DNA from: a virus
Taxonomy: Duplodnaviria > Caudoviricetes
Reading direction: 5' to 3' (one strand)
IMG/VR virus record: IMGVR_UViG_3300032290_000864
Span: 1 to 33,887 of that record
Length of the DNA: 33,887 nucleotides
Each line of letters opens with the position of its first letter. Position 1 is the first letter of the stretch. Both the position numbers and the translations under genes were made by a program. Below, one piece after another: positions 17,627-24,362 of this stretch. A model generated the notes under the pieces. It had not been told where the DNA came from. It was given only the letters and a program-made list of their open reading frames with translations, and searched no databases.

Positions 17627-17988
17627 GGTGCGCCGACCCGCCATTGCACGATCGGCGCGCACTTGCGACGCCTCGAACTGACGTATCCGATTTTGAACCA
17701 TAGCCCGTCTGCCGCCCCGCGCGTAATGATGGTGGAGCAGATCCGGCGCCGCGTTGCGAGATCGGTAGCGACTTGCCGCTGGTCGAGCATGACGCCCAGA
17801 TCGTCCGCCGAGAACTCGCCCCGGCCGGCGTCCGCGAGCTCGGCCAGCAGCGCCAACGTGACCGTCCGGACCACGTCCGACTCGCTCGGCGTATCCGTCA
17901 CCCGCGCGTCAACCGCCGCGATCGCCTCGGACCGGGCAACCATCGCCGCCCACGCCGCGGACTCGTCCCACAGATCTAGTAGCGTCAC
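17623..17988 (-). CDS. hypothetical protein, possibly winged-helix
   Basis: EFSADDL...GLWFKIGYVSSRR...IVQWRV pattern; coupled overlaps. Confidence 0.6.
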   Translation of the reverse strand: MTLLDLWDESAAWAAMVARSEAIAAVDARVTDTPSESDVVRTVTLALLAELADAGRGEFSADDLGVMLDQRQVATDLATRRRICSTIITRGAADGLWFKIGYVSSRRRKCAPIVQWRVGAP

Positions 17989-18686
17989 GGCTGCACCGCC
18001 GTCGTCTCGAAGTCCAAATCAAGCACCGGCCCCGCGGCCTCGTACAGCGCCGCCGTCGCCCTGACGTCGTCCATGCAATACGCCGCGATCTCGTCAAACT
18101 GGCCGGCCGCAAACATCGGCCACACGCTTGCGCCCGTCATCCCGTCCGTCTTACCGCCGACGCCGAACGCCTGCGCCCATTCGTTCAGCCCTTCTCCGCG
18201 AACCGGCGCCTCCCAGTTCGTTAGCATCGCTTTTACGTCGCAATGCGGATGCGTTGAATACTTCCGGAGCCACCCGCGCACCGTCGCCGGCCGGATCGGG
18301 ACCGGCACCTTGAGCAGCATCGACCGAATCAGCAGGAACCGGAGATCCCACGACCCGTTCCACGTCACGACCCGCCCGTCCGCATCCGCGATCACATCCC
18401 ATACCGTCGCCAGCGCCCGCGCCTCGCGCGCTTCCGTCTTGGCGACCACAACCTGCTCAGACGGTCCCGACTTGAGACCGACGCACAGCACGCGCCCGAG
18501 TCGCGGGTTCAAGCTGCACACCTTTACGCGATCGGCCCGCCATGCCGTGACGTCCGCGTCGCGCCACTTGGCGACCGCTTCGTCCGACTTGTAGTTCGCC
18601 GGCGGCATCCGGTCCGCTTCCGGATACGGCATCTCGAGCGACGCGATCAGCGGCACCGTCTCAATGTCCAGCACGACCGGCGCCAT
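17985..18686 (-). CDS. stand-alone DEDDy 3'-5' exonuclease (PolB proofreading-like)
   Basis: ExoI VLDIET, ExoII VTWNG.WDLRF, ExoIII YCMDDV; ATG 18686 in a TAATG overlap. Confidence 0.88.
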   Translation of the reverse strand: MAPVVLDIETVPLIASLEMPYPEADRMPPANYKSDEAVAKWRDADVTAWRADRVKVCSLNPRLGRVLCVGLKSGPSEQVVVAKTEAREARALATVWDVIADADGRVVTWNGSWDLRFLLIRSMLLKVPVPIRPATVRGWLRKYSTHPHCDVKAMLTNWEAPVRGEGLNEWAQAFGVGGKTDGMTGASVWPMFAAGQFDEIAAYCMDDVRATAALYEAAGPVLDLDFETTAVQP

Positions 18687-18826
18687 TATCGCGCCCGCCC
18701 GATCGACGCCCGCACCGCCGACGCCATCATATAGATGCAGCAACCCGCCCACATCACCACCACCGTCTGCGTGACCGCGTCCGCCAGGACCGCCCGGACC
18801 GCCTCGTCGTTCAGCATCTCAACCAT
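18686..18826 (-). CDS. small putative membrane protein (46 aa), not in the ORF track
   Basis: GGAG SD; MVEMLNDEAVRAVLADAVTQTVVVMWAGCCIYMMASAVRASIGRAR*; stop overlaps the exonuclease start. Confidence 0.55.
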   Translation of the reverse strand: MVEMLNDEAVRAVLADAVTQTVVVMWAGCCIYMMASAVRASIGRAR

Positions 18827-18848
18827 TGTCTGTGCTCCGTCCGCTAGG

Positions 18849-18876
18849 GAAAAGCAACCGCGGCTACGGCTGCCCC
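18849..18876 (-). terminator. putative intrinsic terminator within the early operon
   Basis: GCAGCCG-UAGCCG-CGGUUGC stem followed by UUUU, just after the stop at 18878. Confidence 0.45.
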
Positions 18877-18877
18877 T

Positions 18878-19519
18878 CTAAACTACGTCATCCGGGTTAA
18901 CTGTCAAGGGCGATTGCGCCACCGGCAACCCGAGCGCACGCCGCCGGATCGGATGTATCCACGGCTCGGCCTTTACGTGATCCGCTCGATGTGGCTTGAC
19001 CGTCTTTTTCCGTGGCTCGTGCGTCACCACGCCCACGGTATACGCCGTGATCTGCCGTTCGCCGACCATCACCCACGACCGGCCCAGCTTATGGCTGTTC
19101 GCCAGTTTGCCGCACGTCGTCCGGATACTCTGCGGCAGGATCTGCGGCAGCAGCTTGGCAAGCTTCGCCGTCGTCAGTGGCCCGTGCTGGTGTATCATGG
19201 CCAGAATCGACGCCCCGATCGTCTCCTTCTTCTTGGCCGGCGCCGGATCGTGACGGCATTGGTCGATCGGCGTCCACTGGCTCCGCGAGCCTTTCATGCC
19301 AGGACTGCGCGCCGTCGCCACGGCCGCGACCGTGCCTGCCTCAATGACGGCGCCGCGCGGCGAATGCCGGCCGGCGGCGATCTGACGGAACCGCTGGTCG
19401 ACCGCGTCCCAACTCGCCAGCACTTCCCCGCCGGTGATCTTCCTCACCAGATATTGCTCGTCGTGGACCAGCGTAATGACGCGGCGGTCACGATACGTCG
19501 CGTAGTCCTGATCGGTCAT
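18878..19519 (-). CDS. hypothetical protein with C-terminal winged-helix DNA-binding domain
   Basis: ILAMIHQHGPLTTAKLAKLL...SIRTTCGKL wHTH pattern. Confidence 0.6.
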   Translation of the reverse strand: MTDQDYATYRDRRVITLVHDEQYLVRKITGGEVLASWDAVDQRFRQIAAGRHSPRGAVIEAGTVAAVATARSPGMKGSRSQWTPIDQCRHDPAPAKKKETIGASILAMIHQHGPLTTAKLAKLLPQILPQSIRTTCGKLANSHKLGRSWVMVGERQITAYTVGVVTHEPRKKTVKPHRADHVKAEPWIHPIRRRALGLPVAQSPLTVNPDDVV

Positions 19520-19758
19520 TCGCCCATCTCCGCCTTGAGCCGGCGCACCGCCGCGTTAAAGATCTTCAGGATCACGGCCTCCGTCTCCGTCGCGTACGCC
19601 GCGGCCGTCTTTATCCGCGGCTTGTAGATCTCGGCGTCTCGTGCGTTCCGCGACGCCAGAATCCGGAGCGCGCCCTCGTCCTTCGCGTGCCGGTGCAGCG
19701 CCGCCGCCGCCTCAATGATCTCCTGCCGCATCTTGTGGACCGTCCGTTCGCTCGTCAT
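19516..19758 (-). CDS. hypothetical protein (80 aa)
   Basis: ATGA overlaps at both ends. Confidence 0.6.
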   Translation of the reverse strand: MTSERTVHKMRQEIIEAAAALHRHAKDEGALRILASRNARDAEIYKPRIKTAAAYATETEAVILKIFNAAVRRLKAEMGE

Positions 19759-19883
19759 CGCCCCATCTCGTCGTCGCGCTGTGTATCCACATCGTGCGCC
19801 GTCCAATCAGACCGCAGCCACGCCGCCGTCAACCCGACCGCGACAAGCACCAGCCACCAGAACACCCAATTCAGCCACGTCAT
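19755..19883 (-). CDS. small single-pass membrane protein (42 aa)
   Basis: MTWLNWVFWWLVLVAVGLTAAWL hydrophobic helix; GGAGG SD; ATGA overlaps. Confidence 0.65.
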   Translation of the reverse strand: MTWLNWVFWWLVLVAVGLTAAWLRSDWTAHDVDTQRDDEMGR

Positions 19884-20068
19884 GCGCCGGCCTCCTCGTC
19901 GTCGTCCGCCGTATCCCAACGGAACGGCTCGAGCTGCATCCCCGTGTGCCGATCTTCCCACGCCTGCGCGTTGACGTGCCGCTGGACGGCGCGAGCAAAT
20001 GCCCGCGCCTCCTGCTCGTCGTCCTCGACCGCAAACCACTCCTCAACCCACTCGCCGCCGGCGCTCAA
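19880..20068 (-). CDS. small acidic hypothetical protein (62 aa)
   Basis: TTGA/ATGA overlaps with neighbours. Confidence 0.5.
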   Translation of the reverse strand: MSAGGEWVEEWFAVEDDEQEARAFARAVQRHVNAQAWEDRHTGMQLEPFRWDTADDDEEAGA

Positions 20069-20772
20069 AACGGTAACCGGTCGTCGTCAAACGCGCCGTC
20101 CTCCTCGCCGCCGTCCGCTTGACGCGCCGCCGCGATCGCATCGCACGCCGCCAGGACGTAGTTATTGGCCTTCTCTGCCGCCCAAGCTCGGACCGCCGCC
20201 AGCCGTGCGTCGTCCATATCGGCCAGCTTCGTGCCCTTGAGCTCGACCGTCGCCGCCTTTGCCAAGCTCATGGCGGCCGCCGGCGTCGCCGGTACGCGAT
20301 CGTGCAGCCGCTTGCCTACTTCCGGCTCACGCTCGGCACGCTTCGGCGCCGCGCTCGTCTCCGGCCGCTTAGACGCGCCGTTGCCGTCGTCGTCCTCCGC
20401 CGTGAGCCCGAGCATTGCCGACAGCCCGTACCGCCGGCCGTAGCTAATCGCCGATCCCGCGCCCTGCGCTGTCGGCTTCTCGACCGGGACGACCACCACC
20501 GACGCCATCCACTCGCCCGACAGATGCAGGAGCCGCGTCTCGACCGCGATCCCGACCACGCGCCCGCCGTCCGTCTCCGGATGCAATACGCCCTGCATGA
20601 CCGCCAGCCCGTGCGCCGCGAGCACCGGCCGCACCTGCTCCATGATCGCGTCGAGCGTCGCGTACTTGTTCCGGAACGCCGGGTTCGTCGCGTCCTTGGT
20701 CACCGGCCCGAGATCCGCCGACGCTTTCACGATCGCCGGCGCGATCAGCCCAATTGACTCGCTGCTCTTCAT
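20065..20772 (-). CDS. erf: ERF-family single-strand annealing protein with acidic C-terminal tail
   Basis: KDATNP.F.NKYATLD, LLH.SGEWM and Q..GSAISYGRRY.L..MLG...EDDDG signature. Confidence 0.92.
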   Translation of the reverse strand: MKSSESIGLIAPAIVKASADLGPVTKDATNPAFRNKYATLDAIMEQVRPVLAAHGLAVMQGVLHPETDGGRVVGIAVETRLLHLSGEWMASVVVVPVEKPTAQGAGSAISYGRRYGLSAMLGLTAEDDDGNGASKRPETSAAPKRAEREPEVGKRLHDRVPATPAAAMSLAKAATVELKGTKLADMDDARLAAVRAWAAEKANNYVLAACDAIAAARQADGGEEDGAFDDDRLPF

Positions 20773-21317
20773 CGCGCGTCCTCCGTCCACGGTAGGGTAT
20801 CCGACAGATCGAACGCCAGCAGGATCGCCGCTTGATGGTCGAGCCCGTCCGTCGCGTCTAGCGCGATTTGCAGATCCTGCCGGACGTGCTCTAGGCTGGC
20901 TGCCAGCTTGGTCAGCAGATTCCGCGCCGCGCGCAGATCCGCGGCCCAGACCGCGTGCGTAGTGCCGAGCGCCTCAATCTGCGCCGTCACGGCCGCATCG
21001 GCGTCATTAATGGCGCGAAAACACGCCTGATAGTGCACGAACAACTGATCGAGTGTAGCTCGGATCTTGTCGCAATAATGCCACGTCATGTGACCGGCCG
21101 CGAGCACTTGGTCGCTGGTCATCGTCCGCCCCTCCCGCAATGCCATGTCCTCGGCCTGCCGGTATCGGGCTTCCTCCTCGATGATCCGCGCGAGCGTCAC
21201 CAACGACGCCGGCATATCCTCCTCGGCGTCCCACCGCGCCATCATGTCGCGCGCTTCTGCGAGCTGTGCGTCGGAATACCGCGCCACAATCTGCACCAAG
21301 CTGTCGATCGTATCCAT
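20769..21317 (-). CDS. first early gene, hypothetical helical protein (182 aa)
   Basis: AGAGGGGAG SD before ATG 21317; directly downstream of the early promoter. Confidence 0.65.
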   Translation of the reverse strand: MDTIDSLVQIVARYSDAQLAEARDMMARWDAEEDMPASLVTLARIIEEEARYRQAEDMALREGRTMTSDQVLAAGHMTWHYCDKIRATLDQLFVHYQACFRAINDADAAVTAQIEALGTTHAVWAADLRAARNLLTKLAASLEHVRQDLQIALDATDGLDHQAAILLAFDLSDTLPWTEDAR

Positions 21318-21373
21318 TGTCTCCCCTCTGGTCCGCGTGAAATTGAGCAACACGGCTATGCCGCTCAGGTCCT

Positions 21374-21401
21374 ACAATACATCGCATTTGCTACGTGTCA
21401 A
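21374..21401 (-). promoter_or_regulatory. putative sigma70 early promoter with AT-rich upstream region
   Basis: TTGACA-16 nt-TATTGT, with A-tracts immediately upstream (21402-21435). Confidence 0.7.
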
Positions 21402-21429
21402 TAGCTTATTGCTGATAGTTTTTGTGTTC

Positions 21430-21948
21430 TTTTTTCCGCACATAGCGGAGCCATACCCGGTCACCACCGCTTTTCCGGTGACCGTGCGTCGGATCTCTTG
21501 GACCCGTCGACTCTCCGAAAGAGCCGGCAAACGGACTGGCCATCGCATGGCGCTCCTGCCCGCGCTCGCCCGCTCAACGAGTCGCGCCCTCGGAGGGTAC
21601 CTATCGGCCAGGATGTGCGGCCGTGGAACAGCAGCTCGAGCGTTGGTGACCGGCCGGGATGTAGGCTCGACAGCGCCCGGATTGGTGGAACACGCTCGTC
21701 TGGATCGCTTAGGATTGGTGCGCGCAGGGTCCGCATAGCGCAATCGGGAAAGCAACGGTAAGCCCGATCACCCGCCGTCGGTTCTTCGCCTAGACGGGTC
21801 GTACCAACAGTACCGACCGACCGACGGACCCGCAAGACACAAAAAGACCCCAGCGAAGAACTGGAGTCTTTTGCATGGCCGTCTTGCGACGCCACTAGCC
21901 TGTTGCGGACAGAGATCGGCCGGCCGCTTGCGCGCCGTCACCGACCCC
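21430..21948 (-). ncRNA. candidate large structured non-coding RNA (~520 nt), family not recognised
   Basis: Dedicated promoter; more than 10 hand-identified stems; G-U pairs that work only on the minus strand; two GCAA tetraloops; no convincing long ORF. Confidence 0.55.
21836..21872 (-). terminator. intrinsic terminator-like hairpin (end of the lysis operon and/or of a ~110-nt small RNA)
   Basis: AAAAGACUCCAG-UUCUUCG-CUGGGGUCUUUU followed by UGUGUCUU. Confidence 0.7.
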
Positions 21949-21951
21949 CCG

Positions 21952-21980
21952 AATATGCCGCCCAGCGCGCGCGCTGTCAA
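21952..21980 (-). promoter_or_regulatory. putative sigma70 promoter firing into the non-coding region
   Basis: TTGACA (21980-21975)-17 nt-CATATT (21957-21952), starting 3 nt after the holin stop. Confidence 0.7.
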
Positions 21981-21983
21981 CGG

Positions 21984-22316
21984 CTAGCCAAGCTCCGCCG
22001 TCGTCGCTTTGCGCTTGTTCTTGATCCAATGCAGCGCCATCGCAATCAGCGCCGCAATCGCCGTCTCGACCGTCGCGACCGGCAACGTCGCCAACCCGTC
22101 GACCGACTCGCCGCTCACGCCAAAGTTGACCCCGGCCAGATTGCCTAACGCCGTAAACAGCGCCGCCACCGCGACCACCACGCCGCGCTTCTGCCACGCC
22201 GGGAGCGCCTCCACCTGGCGAACGCCGACCTTCAACCACTGCATCGCCAGCATCGCCAACGGCGCCACGACCAGCGACAGCCCGTATTCCACCACCTTCA
22301 GCTTAACCCAATCCAC
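21984..22316 (-). CDS. putative holin
   Basis: 2-3 hydrophobic helices and a basic C-terminus; follows the endolysin; GGGGGG SD. Confidence 0.65.
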   Translation of the reverse strand: MDWVKLKVVEYGLSLVVAPLAMLAMQWLKVGVRQVEALPAWQKRGVVVAVAALFTALGNLAGVNFGVSGESVDGLATLPVATVETAIAALIAMALHWIKNKRKATTAELG

Positions 22317-22328
22317 GCTTCCCCCCGG

Positions 22329-22847
22329 TTAGATCGCCCCTACCTCGCGCCAGACCGCCGGCGGACCACCGTCCGCCACCAGACGCGCCGCCCTCGGACT
22401 CGGACTCCGCCGCATCGGCGGCCCCCACTGAATGTGCGGCCGATCCAAAAACCGCTCGTCGCGGCTGTCGCCGTCGCCGTTCCAATCGCCGCCCCACGTC
22501 AACCGCTCGCGCCCGCACGCCCGTCCCAACGCCGCCCAGAACTCGTCCGTCGCCGCCCAGAACAAATCTCCGCACACCACGTCGGCCGCGAGTCCGTACC
22601 CGTGCCACGTCTCGTCCCAATCCGCGGAGTGTGTCACGATGCCGCGCCCGTCGTCGTACGTCCGCCCGAACCCGTAGATATACCGCTGCCGCTCGCCCGT
22701 CCGCAGCGTCTCGACCACGACCGGCTTATGCCCCAGCCCGCGCACCGTCGCGAGCACCCGCTCGAGCGCCGCGCGGAACTTCGGCGCTAGCACCGCGAGA
22801 TCCCGCACCGGACGCACCTCCGCCGGGATCGTGCCGCGTTTGGTCAT
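22329..22847 (-). CDS. endolysin, peptidase M15 family (L-Ala-D-Glu peptidase-like)
   Basis: ETLRT.ERQ..IY..GRT, H.YGLAADV, WGGDW and D.PHIQ zinc motifs; true start is ATG 22847 (ATGA overlap). Confidence 0.9.
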   Translation of the reverse strand: MTKRGTIPAEVRPVRDLAVLAPKFRAALERVLATVRGLGHKPVVVETLRTGERQRYIYGFGRTYDDGRGIVTHSADWDETWHGYGLAADVVCGDLFWAATDEFWAALGRACGRERLTWGGDWNGDGDSRDERFLDRPHIQWGPPMRRSPSPRAARLVADGGPPAVWREVGAI

Positions 22848-23119
22848 CGCTCGAGCTTTGACTCGATCCGGCTTAACCGCTGGACGGTTTCCAACATCAG
22901 CGCCGACAGCTTTTCCACATCGGCCCGCGTCCGCCGACTGTCCGCTTTCTGGACACCCCACGCGACCGCGCCCGCGACAATGATCGACACCACCGTCATC
23001 CCGAGCGTTAAGTACGGAATCGGATTGGCGGTCGCGTTCGCCGCCTGCAATCCGTACGTGCCAGTGCCGGCGATCGCCGCGACCAGCGCCGGGACTGCTT
23101 GTTCCATGTGAAACGCCAT
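22844..23119 (-). CDS. small membrane + coiled-coil protein of the lysis cassette (holin/antiholin-like)
   Basis: Transmembrane helix YLTLGMTVVSIIVAGAVAWGV then a coiled coil; start set at ATG 23119 (or 23107) because a promoter-like element lies in 23162-23214. Confidence 0.6.
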   Translation of the reverse strand: MAFHMEQAVPALVAAIAGTGTYGLQAANATANPIPYLTLGMTVVSIIVAGAVAWGVQKADSRRTRADVEKLSALMLETVQRLSRIESKLER

Positions 23120-23161
23120 TTTCGCCGACGTAAATGGTCGAGTGCCGATCCTCTGCCCTGA

Positions 23162-23191
23162 AATGTGGGACCGAACTCGACTGCTCGGCAA
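23162..23191 (-). promoter_or_regulatory. possible promoter for the lysis cassette
   Basis: TTGCCG-18 nt-CACATT; same -35 hexamer and upstream element as the portal promoter. Confidence 0.45.
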
Positions 23192-23223
23192 CCCGCGCGC
23201 CGTCGACTCTTGACGCCTCACCG

Positions 23224-24342
23224 TTACCATCCGGCCGCCGGAAACGTCCCCGTTTCCAGCCGCTCCGCACAGACCGTTAGCAAATCGTCATAGATCCGGC
23301 CGACCTTCGGGACCGAGTACAGCCGGATCGCCCGCGCTCGGATATACCCGCGATCGAGCTCGAGCACGCGATCGACCGCCGACGCGAATTGGTTGATCGT
23401 CTGCGCGCGGAACCCCGTAATCCCGTGCTGCACCGTTTCCGAGAACGCGCCGAAGTCCGACGTGATCGCCGGCGTGCCGCATAACGCCGCCTCAACGACC
23501 GCGCCGCCAAACGGCTCGACGTACCGGCTCGGCGCAATAATCGCCCGCGCGCCACCCAACAGCGCCGCCCGCTCCGGACCGAGCGCGCCCACGTATTCTA
23601 CGTTCGCCGGCAGGTCGCCCCACACGTCGATGTCGCCCTGACCCGCCAGGACAAACCGCACATCCGGCCGACGCCGCGCCACATCAAGCACGATCCCGAC
23701 GCCCTTGCCTTCTGTTAGTCGCCCGAGGAACACCACTGGCGCGCCCGCCCGATCTATCGCCGGACCCGCCGGCCAATCCGCCACGTCGTAGTAATTGGGC
23801 GCGACGAACTCTAGCCGATTGGATTCTACCGTGACGCCGTACCGCCCCTCCTTCGCCATCACCGCGTGCCGGACCGCGTACGACTCGTACACCCGCCACG
23901 GGAGCAGCGTATCGAAGTACCCGATCCCCGACTCGATCGCGCCCGCGCCGGCCGCAAGCACCGGCAACCCGCGGATCGCCGCCCCGTGCGCGTGACCGAA
24001 CGGACACAAGATTAAGTCGCCAGGCTCAACCCGCTCGCGCAGCTCCTCGCGCGCGTAGTGATTCCACTGCCGGTAGCAGTCGTTCCCGTCGACCGCATCC
24101 GCGCCGTATAGCGCCGTCCCGTGCGCGTACGGATGCCCGAGCAACGTCTGGTGCTCGTCCTGATCCATCAGCACGACATCGACGTCCGCGCCCGCGCTCG
24201 AGCCGGCCACGCCGTAATGCGTGACGTGATGCCCGAACGCCCGCAGCATCGGCCCCAATCGCCGGACCTTTTGCGTAAACGCGCAATGACTCCACGCCGC
24301 GTCGGTCACGGTATGGGGAACCCCGAGCACATGAAGCCGCAT
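23224..24342 (-). CDS. GT4-family glycosyltransferase
   Basis: GHHVTHY, FLGRLTEGKG and PSRYVEPFGGAVVEAALCGTPAITSD.GAFSETV.HG.TGF (E-X7-E) motifs; GGGAGG SD. Confidence 0.92.
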   Translation of the reverse strand: MRLHVLGVPHTVTDAAWSHCAFTQKVRRLGPMLRAFGHHVTHYGVAGSSAGADVDVVLMDQDEHQTLLGHPYAHGTALYGADAVDGNDCYRQWNHYAREELRERVEPGDLILCPFGHAHGAAIRGLPVLAAGAGAIESGIGYFDTLLPWRVYESYAVRHAVMAKEGRYGVTVESNRLEFVAPNYYDVADWPAGPAIDRAGAPVVFLGRLTEGKGVGIVLDVARRRPDVRFVLAGQGDIDVWGDLPANVEYVGALGPERAALLGGARAIIAPSRYVEPFGGAVVEAALCGTPAITSDFGAFSETVQHGITGFRAQTINQFASAVDRVLELDRGYIRARAIRLYSVPKVGRIYDDLLTVCAERLETGTFPAAGW

Positions 24343-24362
24343 CTGGTACGCCTCCCGTCTGG

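Noticed and set aside
21780-21950. A ColE1 RNA I-like counter-transcript on the plus strand
   Set aside because: No convincing plus-strand -35/-10 upstream, and no plus-strand U-tract terminator near 21950
21372-21980. ORFs of 70-197 aa listed across the intergenic region as a possible replication initiator
   Set aside because: Arg/Pro/Ser/Ala-rich, mostly non-ATG starts without SD, no motifs, and they cross a terminator hairpin and promoters
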